From assembly GCA_036170915.1 (NCBI GenBank), contig JAVHQC010000032.1, positions 1 through 64,000 on the forward strand: a stretch of DNA of 64,000 bases. The letters run 5' to 3'. The translations under genes were made by a program, and so were the position numbers. The stretch's first letter is position 1; the number at the start of each line of letters is the position of its first letter. The stretch is from Cyanobacteria bacterium auto_48_18 (lineage in GTDB: Bacteria > Cyanobacteriota > Vampirovibrionia > Obscuribacterales > Obscuribacteraceae). Below the pieces are notes generated by a model. It was not told where the DNA came from and made no database searches. It saw only the letters and a program-made list of their open reading frames with translations. Positions 51,968-61,531 of this stretch are shown here, piece by piece.

Positions 51968-54103
51968 ATGATGGAAAACGAAGAAGGAAACAACACTCCA
52001 ACTGCATTTTTAGTTGATCTGGTCTCCAATCGGAAGATCCCAGTCGCTACACCCAGATGTCGAGTCGGCCGCGACGATCTCAATGACATCGTCATAAGCG
52101 GCGATCAGTCTATATCAAGATTTCATTTCATCATCAGCTACGAAAATGATGAGTTTACCGTTCAGGATGCTAAGAGCCGTCACGGCACATTCTTGAATGG
52201 CAATCAGATTACGACACCCGAAAATATTAAAGACGGTGACGTTCTAAAAGTAGGCGTGTCACTGTTCTGGTTTGTCGTCGAAGGCGTACAAGTTCCAGGG
52301 TCCGAGCCGGTCAGCCAACCAACCGTTTCAGCCATCAGCGGCGAGCGCTCAGACGGTGTAGGCATCACAGTCAAATCGCATTCTTCGGTCAGCAGCGACC
52401 TAACGTCACCCATGACCGAAACCAGCGTCCATCTCAAAGCTCTGGAAGATCCAAATTCAAAAAAAGAAACGCAAGAGATGGCCAAGATAGATGCCAACGT
52501 TCTGGACAAGCTCGAAGAAGCGGCTAACTCTATTCAAATAGAGCCTAAACCAGATGGCCCGAAAGCCTCACTGGCATCGCTTTTACAGCCGCTGGCAACT
52601 GAGGTTGTGCAAAGCAATGAAGACGCGGTCAAAGCCAAGATAGCCGCTCAAGATAAGGAATTGCTCAGCGATCTTGAAGGTAGCGATAGCGATGCTGCAG
52701 CCGAGCCAATAAGTGAGTCGCCAGCAGCAGTTACAGCTGGGGCTGCAGACGCAGCGGCGTCTGAACTGGCCACTTCATCTTTTGAACCACAAACTGACGA
52801 TTCCGAAAGTGGGGCTGAGCTGAGTACTCCACCCGCCAAAATATTGAACAAACCCAGTGACACTGTCACACTCGAGGCTCTGCAGCCGACTGGGCTGGCA
52901 TCTTCTTTAAAATCGTCACCACAAGAAGATGGGGCTGGCCTGAACAACAAATCAGAACTTTCTGAAGCAAAGAGTACGAATTCATACAGTTCTGGCCCAG
53001 ATGCTGGAATAATTGATACGTCTTCGGAAACTACCAGCTTTGAGCCGGAAGACAAGGTGTCTAGTCCTAAACAAGGTTTAGGCAACCTTCTCAATAATTA
53101 TGTTGAGGAGCAGCCCGCCGAATCATTAAAGTCTGAACCCGCGCTTGAATCTGAAAGCAAAGTAGAAGCCACCGTGGCCGAAGCGCAGCCAGAACCTGCC
53201 GAAGCGGAAAAGGCTACTGAACCAGTAGCACTCGCAGAAAAAAATGAGGAAGCAAGCGATTCAGTACAAGCTGAGCCAACGGTCTCAACAGCCGAAAGCT
53301 CGTCTGCAAGTGCTGAGATCATGAAAGAATCTGGTTCTAATGGCTCAGGACTGAGCGGTTCTTTAAAATTAGATGATGCAATTTCACAACGAGCGGGGGC
53401 TACTAACGTGCCGGACTGGACAAAACGATATTTCTCAGATGAAATCGCTAAGCTCAACACTGAGCTCGATGAACTGAATGAACAAGTAAAACTCGCACAA
53501 CAAAAAATCCGCGACGTCGAAACTCGCGTGGCGTTGACCAAAGGCGTACGCAATACTTTGCTTACCACCACCGGTGATGAACTGGTTGAAGCCTGCGGTA
53601 AAGTGCTGAGCTTAATCGGTTGGAAAGTCACAATCGCTGCGGATGATAAACACGAATTGCGTCTTGAAGTCGATGACAAACAGGTTTGCATCGCTCGAGT
53701 AATATGGACCACAACGCAAGCCGAACGTTCACACTTAGGGCAACTGTCTATTTCACAGACCCGTTACTGGTGCGAAAAAGGCACCGAGCCTAAAGGCATT
53801 TTGATCGTCAGCAAGATTAGCGATCAACCACCTACAGGTATTGGTTCTTCAACAGAAGAAGCCGAACTGGCCGAATATGCAGCTAAGAAAAATGTCTGCT
53901 TAATGACCACCATGCAACTGCTCTCTCTCTACAAAGAAGTAGCGCTAGACGACGCCAAACCTGATTCATTGCGAACCGCAATTATCGCGGCAAGCGGCTG
54001 GCTATCAGGGCACGACCTTGAACCAGGCAGCAGTGAATCAGTAGAAAAAGATGAGACCAGTTCGAATCAATCGAATAAACTCAGCTCACTTTTATCTGCC
54101 TGA
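51968..54103 (+). CDS. FHA-domain protein with long acidic linker, coiled coil and C-terminal alpha/beta domain
   Basis: VGRDD, SISRFH, SRHGTFLNG; S/E/A/P-rich linker; heptad region; C-terminal domain with KGILIV. Confidence 0.88.
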   Translation: MMENEEGNNTPTAFLVDLVSNRKIPVATPRCRVGRDDLNDIVISGDQSISRFHFIISYENDEFTVQDAKSRHGTFLNGNQITTPENIKDGDVLKVGVSLFWFVVEGVQVPGSEPVSQPTVSAISGERSDGVGITVKSHSSVSSDLTSPMTETSVHLKALEDPNSKKETQEMAKIDANVLDKLEEAANSIQIEPKPDGPKASLASLLQPLATEVVQSNEDAVKAKIAAQDKELLSDLEGSDSDAAAEPISESPAAVTAGAADAAASELATSSFEPQTDDSESGAELSTPPAKILNKPSDTVTLEALQPTGLASSLKSSPQEDGAGLNNKSELSEAKSTNSYSSGPDAGIIDTSSETTSFEPEDKVSSPKQGLGNLLNNYVEEQPAESLKSEPALESESKVEATVAEAQPEPAEAEKATEPVALAEKNEEASDSVQAEPTVSTAESSSASAEIMKESGSNGSGLSGSLKLDDAISQRAGATNVPDWTKRYFSDEIAKLNTELDELNEQVKLAQQKIRDVETRVALTKGVRNTLLTTTGDELVEACGKVLSLIGWKVTIAADDKHELRLEVDDKQVCIARVIWTTTQAERSHLGQLSISQTRYWCEKGTEPKGILIVSKISDQPPTGIGSSTEEAELAEYAAKKNVCLMTTMQLLSLYKEVALDDAKPDSLRTAIIAASGWLSGHDLEPGSSESVEKDETSSNQSNKLSSLLSA

Positions 54104-54136
54104 CGCAGTATAGAAGCCAATTGATGCATCAACTTT

Positions 54137-54173
54137 AAAGAAACCGGTGCTCATTCTGGCGCCGGTTTCTTTT
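54137..54173 (+). terminator. Rho-independent terminator
   Basis: AAAGAAACCGGTGC-TCATTCTG-GCGCCGGTTTCTTTT, about 35 nt after the stop codon. Confidence 0.85.
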
Positions 54174-54214
54174 GCGTTTATTTTAGCGACTGTCATTTAT
54201 AGGTATCCTCAGTC

Positions 54215-55210
54215 TTGCAGCCCGCCAAAATCAATATTATTCTTGGCTTTCTCACCATCTACCTGATTTGGGGCTCCACATACATAGCAATTAAATTTGC
54301 CCTGGAAAGTTTTCCACCTTTTCTGCTTGGCGCCAGCCGCTTCACCATTGCCGGGCTTTTGATGTGCATTTGGATGCTAATGCGCGGTGCGCCAAGACCG
54401 CTAGCCAGTCACATTCTGCCCTCGTTGGTGCTCGGTTTATTGTTACTTGTTTTTGGCAGCATGGGAGTAGTGTTGGCGGAGAAAACCGTGCCCTCAGGCA
54501 TGGTATCGCTTTTGGTGGCAATGGTGCCGGTTGATATTGTACTTCTGCAATGGCTGACAGGCGGGCCGAAACCCACAGCCAAAGTTATTGCCGGTTTGAT
54601 TATTGGTGTCGCCGGCCTAACGGTTTTGCTTGAACCAGCAAAAATCGCTGGCGGAGCCGGTATAGATTTTACTGGAGTGACTTATGTGCTCCTCGGCTGC
54701 CTGGGATCTGCCGCCGGCGCCATTTATTCGAGACGGGCTAACCTTCCGCAATCGCAACAGCTTGCTGCCGGCATGGAAATGTTATTCGCCGGTTTGATTT
54801 TGTTTGCCATCGCAGCTGGTGCCGGTGAGTTTTCGCAGCTCGCTAATATTCACATCTCACTAAAATCTTTTCTCGCCTGGCTTTATCTACTTGTTTTTGG
54901 TTCCATGCTGGCTTTCTCCGTCTACATCTGGCTTCTGAAGCATGTTAATCCTGCTCACGTTTCGACCTACGCTTATGTTAATCCGGTGGTGGCAATTTTT
55001 CTCGGCTGCACTCTGGCAGATGAAACAATTTCGCCACAGACTTTCATCGGTGCTGCCATCATTCTTCTAGCGGTATGGCTTATTACTCAGTCAAATTCCA
55101 AAGCGCCAGAACTGGCTCTTCCACTGGCCGGAGACGCGACTGCACTGGAAGCCTGCGCTCTGAGCTCCAGCGATCATCCAGTCAAAACCACACAACATAG
55201 TGAGGAATAA
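54215..55210 (+). CDS. EamA/DMT-family transporter (YedA-like)
   Basis: IYLIWGSTY, PPFL...RF, VPSG, YL.VFGS.LAF..Y.WLL, YAYVNPVVA. Confidence 0.93.
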   Translation: MQPAKINIILGFLTIYLIWGSTYIAIKFALESFPPFLLGASRFTIAGLLMCIWMLMRGAPRPLASHILPSLVLGLLLLVFGSMGVVLAEKTVPSGMVSLLVAMVPVDIVLLQWLTGGPKPTAKVIAGLIIGVAGLTVLLEPAKIAGGAGIDFTGVTYVLLGCLGSAAGAIYSRRANLPQSQQLAAGMEMLFAGLILFAIAAGAGEFSQLANIHISLKSFLAWLYLLVFGSMLAFSVYIWLLKHVNPAHVSTYAYVNPVVAIFLGCTLADETISPQTFIGAAIILLAVWLITQSNSKAPELALPLAGDATALEACALSSSDHPVKTTQHSEE

Positions 55211-55231
55211 ACAGAGCTCTGTCCGGTAAGC

Positions 55232-58200
55232 TTACACCGGCTGATCTACTGGTTCAGCCCGTGACTCCCGATTACGCATCAATCTTGTCTGCAAGCGATC
55301 CAGATAAATATAAAACACAGGGGTGATATAGAGCGTCACCACCTGCGATACCAGCAGACCACCCACTACAGTTAAACCTAGAGGCTGCCTTGACTCCGAA
55401 CCGGCGCCCAGACCCACGGCAATAGGCACAGCCCCCATCAGGGCCGCCATAGTGGTCATCATAATCGGCCTGAAGCGAGTCAGGCAGGCTTCATAAATTG
55501 CCTGCTCGGGAGGTTTGCCGTGTTCGCGTTCGGCATCGAGGGCAAAGTCAATCATCATAATGGCATTTTTCTTGACGATGCCAATAAGCATGATCAGGCC
55601 GAGAAAACCATAGATATCCAGATCATGGTGCGTCACCATCAGCACAATCAGCGCGCCTAAACCGGCAGACGGCAAACCAGAGAGAATCGTAATAGGATGC
55701 ACAAAGCTTTCATAAAGAATGCCGAGCACAATATAAATTACCAAAATGGCAATCAGAAGCAAAACCCAGAGATTGGCAAATGAGTCTTCAAAGGCCGCGG
55801 CAGTGCCCTGAAAGGCGGTTGTAACAGATTTAGGCACCACTTGAGCGGCTATTTGATTGATGGCAGTGACAGCGTCTCCCAACGACGTGCCCTGCTTCAA
55901 ATTGAAAGAAATAGTGACCGACGAGAATTGCCCCAGATGGTTAACCAAAAGCGGACCTACGCCTGTTTCTATCTGAGCGATGGTATCAAGAGGCACTAAT
56001 TTGCCTGTGCTGGACCGCAAAAACAATTGCTTGAGCACAGCCGGATCTCGATAGAAGCGAGGCATTACCTCAATAATCACCCAGTATTGATTTGACGGAG
56101 TGTACATGGTTGAAATCTGACGAGTGGCGTAGGCGCTGGAAAGCGCGTCCTCCACTTGTTGCATGGTCAAGCCTAACTCAGAACACTTATCGCGATTGAC
56201 AGTGAGGTGAATTTCTGGATTATCCACCTGCATGTCGCTGGCTACGTCGGCCACTCCCGGCAGCTCTTTCACTTTCTCAAGTAGTGCTTTGCTGGCTTTG
56301 TAGAGTTCTTCACGATTGGGACTCGACAAAGTAAATTGGTACAGCGATTTTGTTACCTGGCCGCCGATTGTGACAGTGGGTGGATTTTGCAAAAATGAAT
56401 TGATACCAGGAACGGTGGCTAGCTTATCCGACAGCTCGCCGATTACTTCGTGAATTGACTTCTTGCGCACATCTTTAGGCTTAAGCACGATAAGAATGCG
56501 CCCCTGATTGAGAGCAATGTTGGGGCTGCCGTTGCCAACTCCTAAACTTGACATATAGCTTTTGACATTGGCATCTTTAGCAATAATTTCAGTCAAGCTT
56601 TTATGCAGCCTCACCATGGCATCATATGAGGTGCCCTGTTCGGCCTCAGTCATACAAACTATTTGTGAGGTGTCTTCCGTAGGCATAAATCCTTTAGGAA
56701 TAACGACAAACAGATAAGCAGTGGCGACAAACATCATGGTGAAAATAACCATCACCGATGGCTTATTGCTCAAAGCTATAGAAAGCGACCAATCATATAA
56801 AGCCAACCCTCGCTTAAACACGCTCTCTGCGGCGCGTACCAGCAGGCCCTGTTCTTCTTTCTTCTCGGCTTTAAGAAAACGGCTGCAGAGCATGGGCGTA
56901 AGGCTGATGGAAATAAATCCTGAAATCAAAATGGCAATTGAGATAGTTACGGCAAATTCATTGAAAAGACGGCCCACAATGCCGGGTAAAAGCAAAACCG
57001 GAATGAACACCGCCACCAGAGATAGAGTCATAGATAGAATGGTAAAGCCAATTTCTCTTGAGCCATTTAGCGCAGCCTCCATGGGCGTCTCGCCCAGCTC
57101 CAGGTGGCGCACTATGTTTTCCAGCATGACGATGGCATCGTCAACAACAAAACCGACAGAAAGAGACAGGGCCATGAGCGACAAATTATCGAGACTGAAA
57201 CCGAGCAATTTCATCGCCGCAAAAGTACCGACAACAGAAATAGGCAGAGCCAAACTGGGAATAACGGTAGCCGACAGATTGCCGAGAAAAACGAAAATCA
57301 CCATGACCACAAGAGCCACGGTCAAAAGCAGCGTAAACTGCACATCTTGAACCGATTCGCGAATAGTCTGCGACTGGTCGTAAAGCACATCTAAATGAAC
57401 AGACTCTGGTGTGATTGATTTAAAGGTGGGCAACAATTTCTGAATGCTGTCTACAACCTGAATCGTATTGGCACCAGGCTGCTTTAGCACGGCCAAAATT
57501 ACTGCAGGCTTGCCGTTAAACTCGCCGCCTGATTTATCATTTTGCACACTGTCAATTACACGGCCAAGGTTCGAAAGCCTGATTGGAGCGTTGTTCTGAT
57601 AAGCAACAATGACCGGTTTATAAGCCTCGGCATCAAGCAATTGGCCATTTGATTGAATGGTAAAAGCCTGATGCTTACCCCAGAGCGTGCCGGTGGGCTG
57701 GTTTTGATTAGCCGACATCACAGCGCTCATGACGTCATTGATGCCCAGTCCATAAGTGGCGAGCCTCTGTGGATTAACTTGCACACGCACAGCGTATGCC
57801 TGCGAGCCATTAACTTGTACCTGAGCCACTCCGCTTATGCGGGAGATGCGCTGAGCAATTAAAGTTTCAGCAAAATAATCGACTTTATGCAAAGGCAAAC
57901 TATCAGAACTGACCGCCAGATAAATGACCGGCTGGCTGGCCGGATTGACTTTGGCAAAAGTGGGAGGCATGGTCATCTGCGGCGGCAACTGTTTAGAAGC
58001 GGCTGTGATTGCCGCTTGAACGTCAAGCGAAGCGCCATCCATATCGCGACTGGGATCAAACTGCAAAGTAATTAGTGATTGGCTGAGCGTGCTGGTGGAA
58101 GTCATCTGCGTTAAACCGGCAATGGTGGCAAATTGTTTTTCCAGGGGCATCGATACCGCCGAAGCCATGGTTTCTGCGCTGGCACCAGGCAGAGTACCGG

Positions 58201-58342
58201 TTATCTGCAGGGTGGGAAAATCGACGTTAGGCAAGTCACTAATAGGCAGCGTTCGATAGCCCATCAAACCAAAAAATAGAATTGCCACCATCACCAGTGT
58301 GGTCATTACCGGCCTTTTGATAAAAATGGCGCTAAGATTCAT
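55232..58342 (-). CDS. RND efflux permease (MdtB/MdtC-like)
   Basis: FIKRPVMTTL, LPNVDFPT, GFVVDDAIVMLENI, GIVKKNAIMMIDFA, RFRPIMMTT. Confidence 0.96.
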   Translation of the reverse strand: MNLSAIFIKRPVMTTLVMVAILFFGLMGYRTLPISDLPNVDFPTLQITGTLPGASAETMASAVSMPLEKQFATIAGLTQMTSTSTLSQSLITLQFDPSRDMDGASLDVQAAITAASKQLPPQMTMPPTFAKVNPASQPVIYLAVSSDSLPLHKVDYFAETLIAQRISRISGVAQVQVNGSQAYAVRVQVNPQRLATYGLGINDVMSAVMSANQNQPTGTLWGKHQAFTIQSNGQLLDAEAYKPVIVAYQNNAPIRLSNLGRVIDSVQNDKSGGEFNGKPAVILAVLKQPGANTIQVVDSIQKLLPTFKSITPESVHLDVLYDQSQTIRESVQDVQFTLLLTVALVVMVIFVFLGNLSATVIPSLALPISVVGTFAAMKLLGFSLDNLSLMALSLSVGFVVDDAIVMLENIVRHLELGETPMEAALNGSREIGFTILSMTLSLVAVFIPVLLLPGIVGRLFNEFAVTISIAILISGFISISLTPMLCSRFLKAEKKEEQGLLVRAAESVFKRGLALYDWSLSIALSNKPSVMVIFTMMFVATAYLFVVIPKGFMPTEDTSQIVCMTEAEQGTSYDAMVRLHKSLTEIIAKDANVKSYMSSLGVGNGSPNIALNQGRILIVLKPKDVRKKSIHEVIGELSDKLATVPGINSFLQNPPTVTIGGQVTKSLYQFTLSSPNREELYKASKALLEKVKELPGVADVASDMQVDNPEIHLTVNRDKCSELGLTMQQVEDALSSAYATRQISTMYTPSNQYWVIIEVMPRFYRDPAVLKQLFLRSSTGKLVPLDTIAQIETGVGPLLVNHLGQFSSVTISFNLKQGTSLGDAVTAINQIAAQVVPKSVTTAFQGTAAAFEDSFANLWVLLLIAILVIYIVLGILYESFVHPITILSGLPSAGLGALIVLMVTHHDLDIYGFLGLIMLIGIVKKNAIMMIDFALDAEREHGKPPEQAIYEACLTRFRPIMMTTMAALMGAVPIAVGLGAGSESRQPLGLTVVGGLLVSQVVTLYITPVFYIYLDRLQTRLMRNRESRAEPVDQPV

Positions 58343-61300
58343 CTGGCTTCCTCAAAATTTTCTTGTTCACTTTCACTGCCGTCGGCTTTGCGAAACCGGC
58401 GCAAGCGTGGCATTCTAAAGGCGGTGCGGCTATTGACAAAGTGCTGAAAGCGGTCCAAATAAATGTAAAACACTGGAGTGATATAAAGTGTCACCAGCTG
58501 CGAAACTAATAATCCGCCCACAATGGTCAAACCTAAAGTTTGCCTAGATTCGGCACCTTCACCAAGGCCGATGGCAATAGGCAGACTGCCGAGAATGGCT
58601 GCCAGCGTGGTCATCATGATTGGCCTGAACCTAACCAAACAGGCTTCATATATTGCTTCTTCAGCAGTCAAATTGCGCTGACGCTTAACGTCTATAGCAA
58701 AATCAATCATCATGATGGCATTTTTCTTGACGATACCAACCAGTAAAATTAAGCCTAGAAAACCATAAACGTCTAAACTCAAATTGAAAATCAACAAGAT
58801 CAAAAGAGCTCCCAGCCCGGCGGAAGGCAGACCCGAGAGAATAGTGAGAGGGTGAATGAAACTCTCATATAAAATTCCCAGCACCAGATAAATGATGATG
58901 ATAGAGATCAGCAATAGTATGCCGAGATTTTTTGTTGAACTCTCAAAGGCTTGAGCGGTGCCCTGAAAGCTTCCGGTCACGTCTTCAGGCAAGCCCTTCG
59001 CCACCAGTTCTTTGACGGGCCCCACAGCGTCGCTGAGTGCCACTCCTGGCTTAAGATTGAATGAAACAGTGACCGATGGGAATTGACCCAAATGGTTAAC
59101 CAATAGCGGGCCGGCACCGCGCTCGAGCCTGGCCACAGTATCGAGTGGTATCAATTGACCCGCGGCTGTGCGCACATTAAACCAGTGCAACATCGAAGGG
59201 TCTTCCATGTACCTGGGCTCCACTTCTAGAATTACCCAGTACTGGTTGGTGGGTGTATAAATAACCGAAACCTGTCTGGCGGAATAGGCGCTATTGAGCG
59301 CATCTTGCACCGATTGGACACTGATACCAAGTCTGGCACATTTATCTCTATCGATTTCGACATTGAGCTGCAAATTCTTCACTTGCAAATCGCTGTTTAC
59401 GTCTTGCAAGTCAGGCATGGCCTTGAGCTTGGCTTCAAAGTCACGAGCGGCTTTGTAGAGCTCCGGCAACTCAGAACCAGACAAGGCCACTTGATACTGT
59501 GCTTTAGTGAGCTGCCCGCCGATGCGAATGCCCCCCAAATTTTGCATAAATAAACTAATGCCTGGCACATTGGCAGTTTTTTGCCGCAGCTCTTGAATGA
59601 CTTGATCGATTGTGGCGTGGCCAGGGCGCTCTGACCTCATTTTTAAGACCATAAAAATGCGGCCTTGATTGACGGCGGCATTGGGGCCACTTGCCCCCAC
59701 CGACGACATGGCACCACGCACGCTACCATTTTCTCTGACGATATCGGCAAGCATAATCTGATGGCGCTTCATTTCTTCAAACGACACGCCTTCAATAGCC
59801 TGAGTCATACCAAATATTTGCCCAGAATCTTCACTGGCCATGAAACCTTTAGGAATCACTGCCAGAAGATAACCGGTGGCACCAAGCATAACAGCGAAGC
59901 TTACCAGCACCATCACCTTGTGCCTTAATGCCGGCTTCAACGTGAAATCATAGAAGCTCAGCAGACGCCCAAAGACTCCCTCAGAAAAATCGTACAGCCA
60001 ACCTTTCTTTTCTTGCGGTCGCAGAAACCGGCTACAGAGCATGGGTGTAAGAGAAAGCGAAACAAAACCGGAAATTAAAATAGCCACTGAAATAGTGACG
60101 GCAAATTCAAAAAACAATCGGCCGATGATACCGCCGAGCAATAATATTGGAATAAATACAGCGATGAGCGATACGGTCATTGATACCACTGTAAAACCAA
60201 TTTCGCGCGAACCATTAACGGCAGCCAATAGTGGCGGCTCGCCGGCTTCGATATGGCGCACTATGTTTTCTAGAACAACAATGGCGTCATCTACCACAAA
60301 GCCCACCGACAGAGTTAGAGCCATGAGCGAAATATTGTTGAGCGTAAAGCCAAACAATTTCATAGCGGCAAAAGTACCGATCAGTGCGATGGGCAGCGTG
60401 ACGCTGGCAATGAGAGTGGTTGAGAGACTTCCCAGCGCGAGAATAATCACGAGAATAACGAGAAAAACGGTAATCAAAAGCGTTAGTTTTACATCGCCTA
60501 CAGAGCGCCTGATGGACAAACTACGATCATAAAAAACATTGAGATTAACAGCACCAGGCAAAACCGCTCTAAAATTAGGCATCATCTTTTTGATGGCGTC
60601 CACAATCTCTATGGTGTTGGTGCCCGGTTGGCGCTGGACGGCTAAAATAATGGCGCGACTGCCGTTGTACCAGCTGGCCACTTTGTCGGTCTGCACGCTA
60701 TCAATGACGGTGCCCACATCTCTTATGCGCACCGGGGCACCATTTTTATGGGTGATAATCAAGGGCATAAAAGCAGCTGCATTGTACAGCTGCCCGTTTA
60801 CCCTGATGTTGTATGCGGTATCAGGTCCCGACAATGTGCCCGTGGGCAAATTGACATTGGCCTGGCGAATGGCCGTGGCTACTTCATCAATGCCGATACC
60901 GTAAGCTGCAAGTTTTCGCGGGTCTACCTGCACATGCGGGGCATAAATTTGCGAGCCCATCACTTGCACCTGAGCCACCCCACTGGTCATGGAAATGCGC
61001 GGAGCAATGACGTTCTCTGCATACTCATCAACTGTATAAAGTGGAAGAGTGGTGGAATTCAAAGCAATATAAAGAATCGGTGCATCAGACGGATTGACCT
61101 TGCGAAAAGTTGGCGGGCTAGGCATACTGGCCGGCAGCCAGGCCCTTGCGGCAACAATGGCAGCCTGTACATCTTGAGCGGCACCATCGATGCTGCGGTC
61201 AAGCGCAAACTGTAAAGTGATGGCCGTAGTACCAGTGGCCGAAGTCGAGTTCATTGATTCGAGGCCGGCAATGCCACTGAATTGTTTCTCTAAAGGAGTG

Positions 61301-61491
61301 GCCACAGCAGAAGCCATGGTTTCTGCGTTTGCCCCTGGTAAACCAGCGCTGACACTGATGGTAGGGAAATCTACTGCCGGTAAATCGTTTACAGGCAATG
61401 TGAAATAAGCAATTAGCCCGAATACGATCAGTGCCACCATAGTTAGTGTGGTCATCACCGGACGCATAATAAAGGGCAGAGAAATATTCAA
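58339..61491 (-). CDS. RND efflux permease (MdtB/MdtC-like)
   Basis: Same motifs; TTG 61491 with GAGG RBS gives MNISLPFIMRPV. Confidence 0.96.
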   Translation of the reverse strand: MNISLPFIMRPVMTTLTMVALIVFGLIAYFTLPVNDLPAVDFPTISVSAGLPGANAETMASAVATPLEKQFSGIAGLESMNSTSATGTTAITLQFALDRSIDGAAQDVQAAIVAARAWLPASMPSPPTFRKVNPSDAPILYIALNSTTLPLYTVDEYAENVIAPRISMTSGVAQVQVMGSQIYAPHVQVDPRKLAAYGIGIDEVATAIRQANVNLPTGTLSGPDTAYNIRVNGQLYNAAAFMPLIITHKNGAPVRIRDVGTVIDSVQTDKVASWYNGSRAIILAVQRQPGTNTIEIVDAIKKMMPNFRAVLPGAVNLNVFYDRSLSIRRSVGDVKLTLLITVFLVILVIILALGSLSTTLIASVTLPIALIGTFAAMKLFGFTLNNISLMALTLSVGFVVDDAIVVLENIVRHIEAGEPPLLAAVNGSREIGFTVVSMTVSLIAVFIPILLLGGIIGRLFFEFAVTISVAILISGFVSLSLTPMLCSRFLRPQEKKGWLYDFSEGVFGRLLSFYDFTLKPALRHKVMVLVSFAVMLGATGYLLAVIPKGFMASEDSGQIFGMTQAIEGVSFEEMKRHQIMLADIVRENGSVRGAMSSVGASGPNAAVNQGRIFMVLKMRSERPGHATIDQVIQELRQKTANVPGISLFMQNLGGIRIGGQLTKAQYQVALSGSELPELYKAARDFEAKLKAMPDLQDVNSDLQVKNLQLNVEIDRDKCARLGISVQSVQDALNSAYSARQVSVIYTPTNQYWVILEVEPRYMEDPSMLHWFNVRTAAGQLIPLDTVARLERGAGPLLVNHLGQFPSVTVSFNLKPGVALSDAVGPVKELVAKGLPEDVTGSFQGTAQAFESSTKNLGILLLISIIIIYLVLGILYESFIHPLTILSGLPSAGLGALLILLIFNLSLDVYGFLGLILLVGIVKKNAIMMIDFAIDVKRQRNLTAEEAIYEACLVRFRPIMMTTLAAILGSLPIAIGLGEGAESRQTLGLTIVGGLLVSQLVTLYITPVFYIYLDRFQHFVNSRTAFRMPRLRRFRKADGSESEQENFEEAR

Positions 61492-61531
61492 AAACAATTC
61501 CTCACCGCACAGCAAAGTTGATTTGATTTAC

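Noticed and set aside
56721..61408. Long plus-strand ORFs opposite the RND genes, and similar shadow ORFs opposite other genes
   Set aside because: Antisense to well-supported genes, with no recognisable motifs.
61476..61489. Half-site resembling the 28-bp palindrome (GCAGAGAAATATTC)
   Set aside because: No second arm; it is explained by the conserved RND N-terminal coding sequence (MNISLP).
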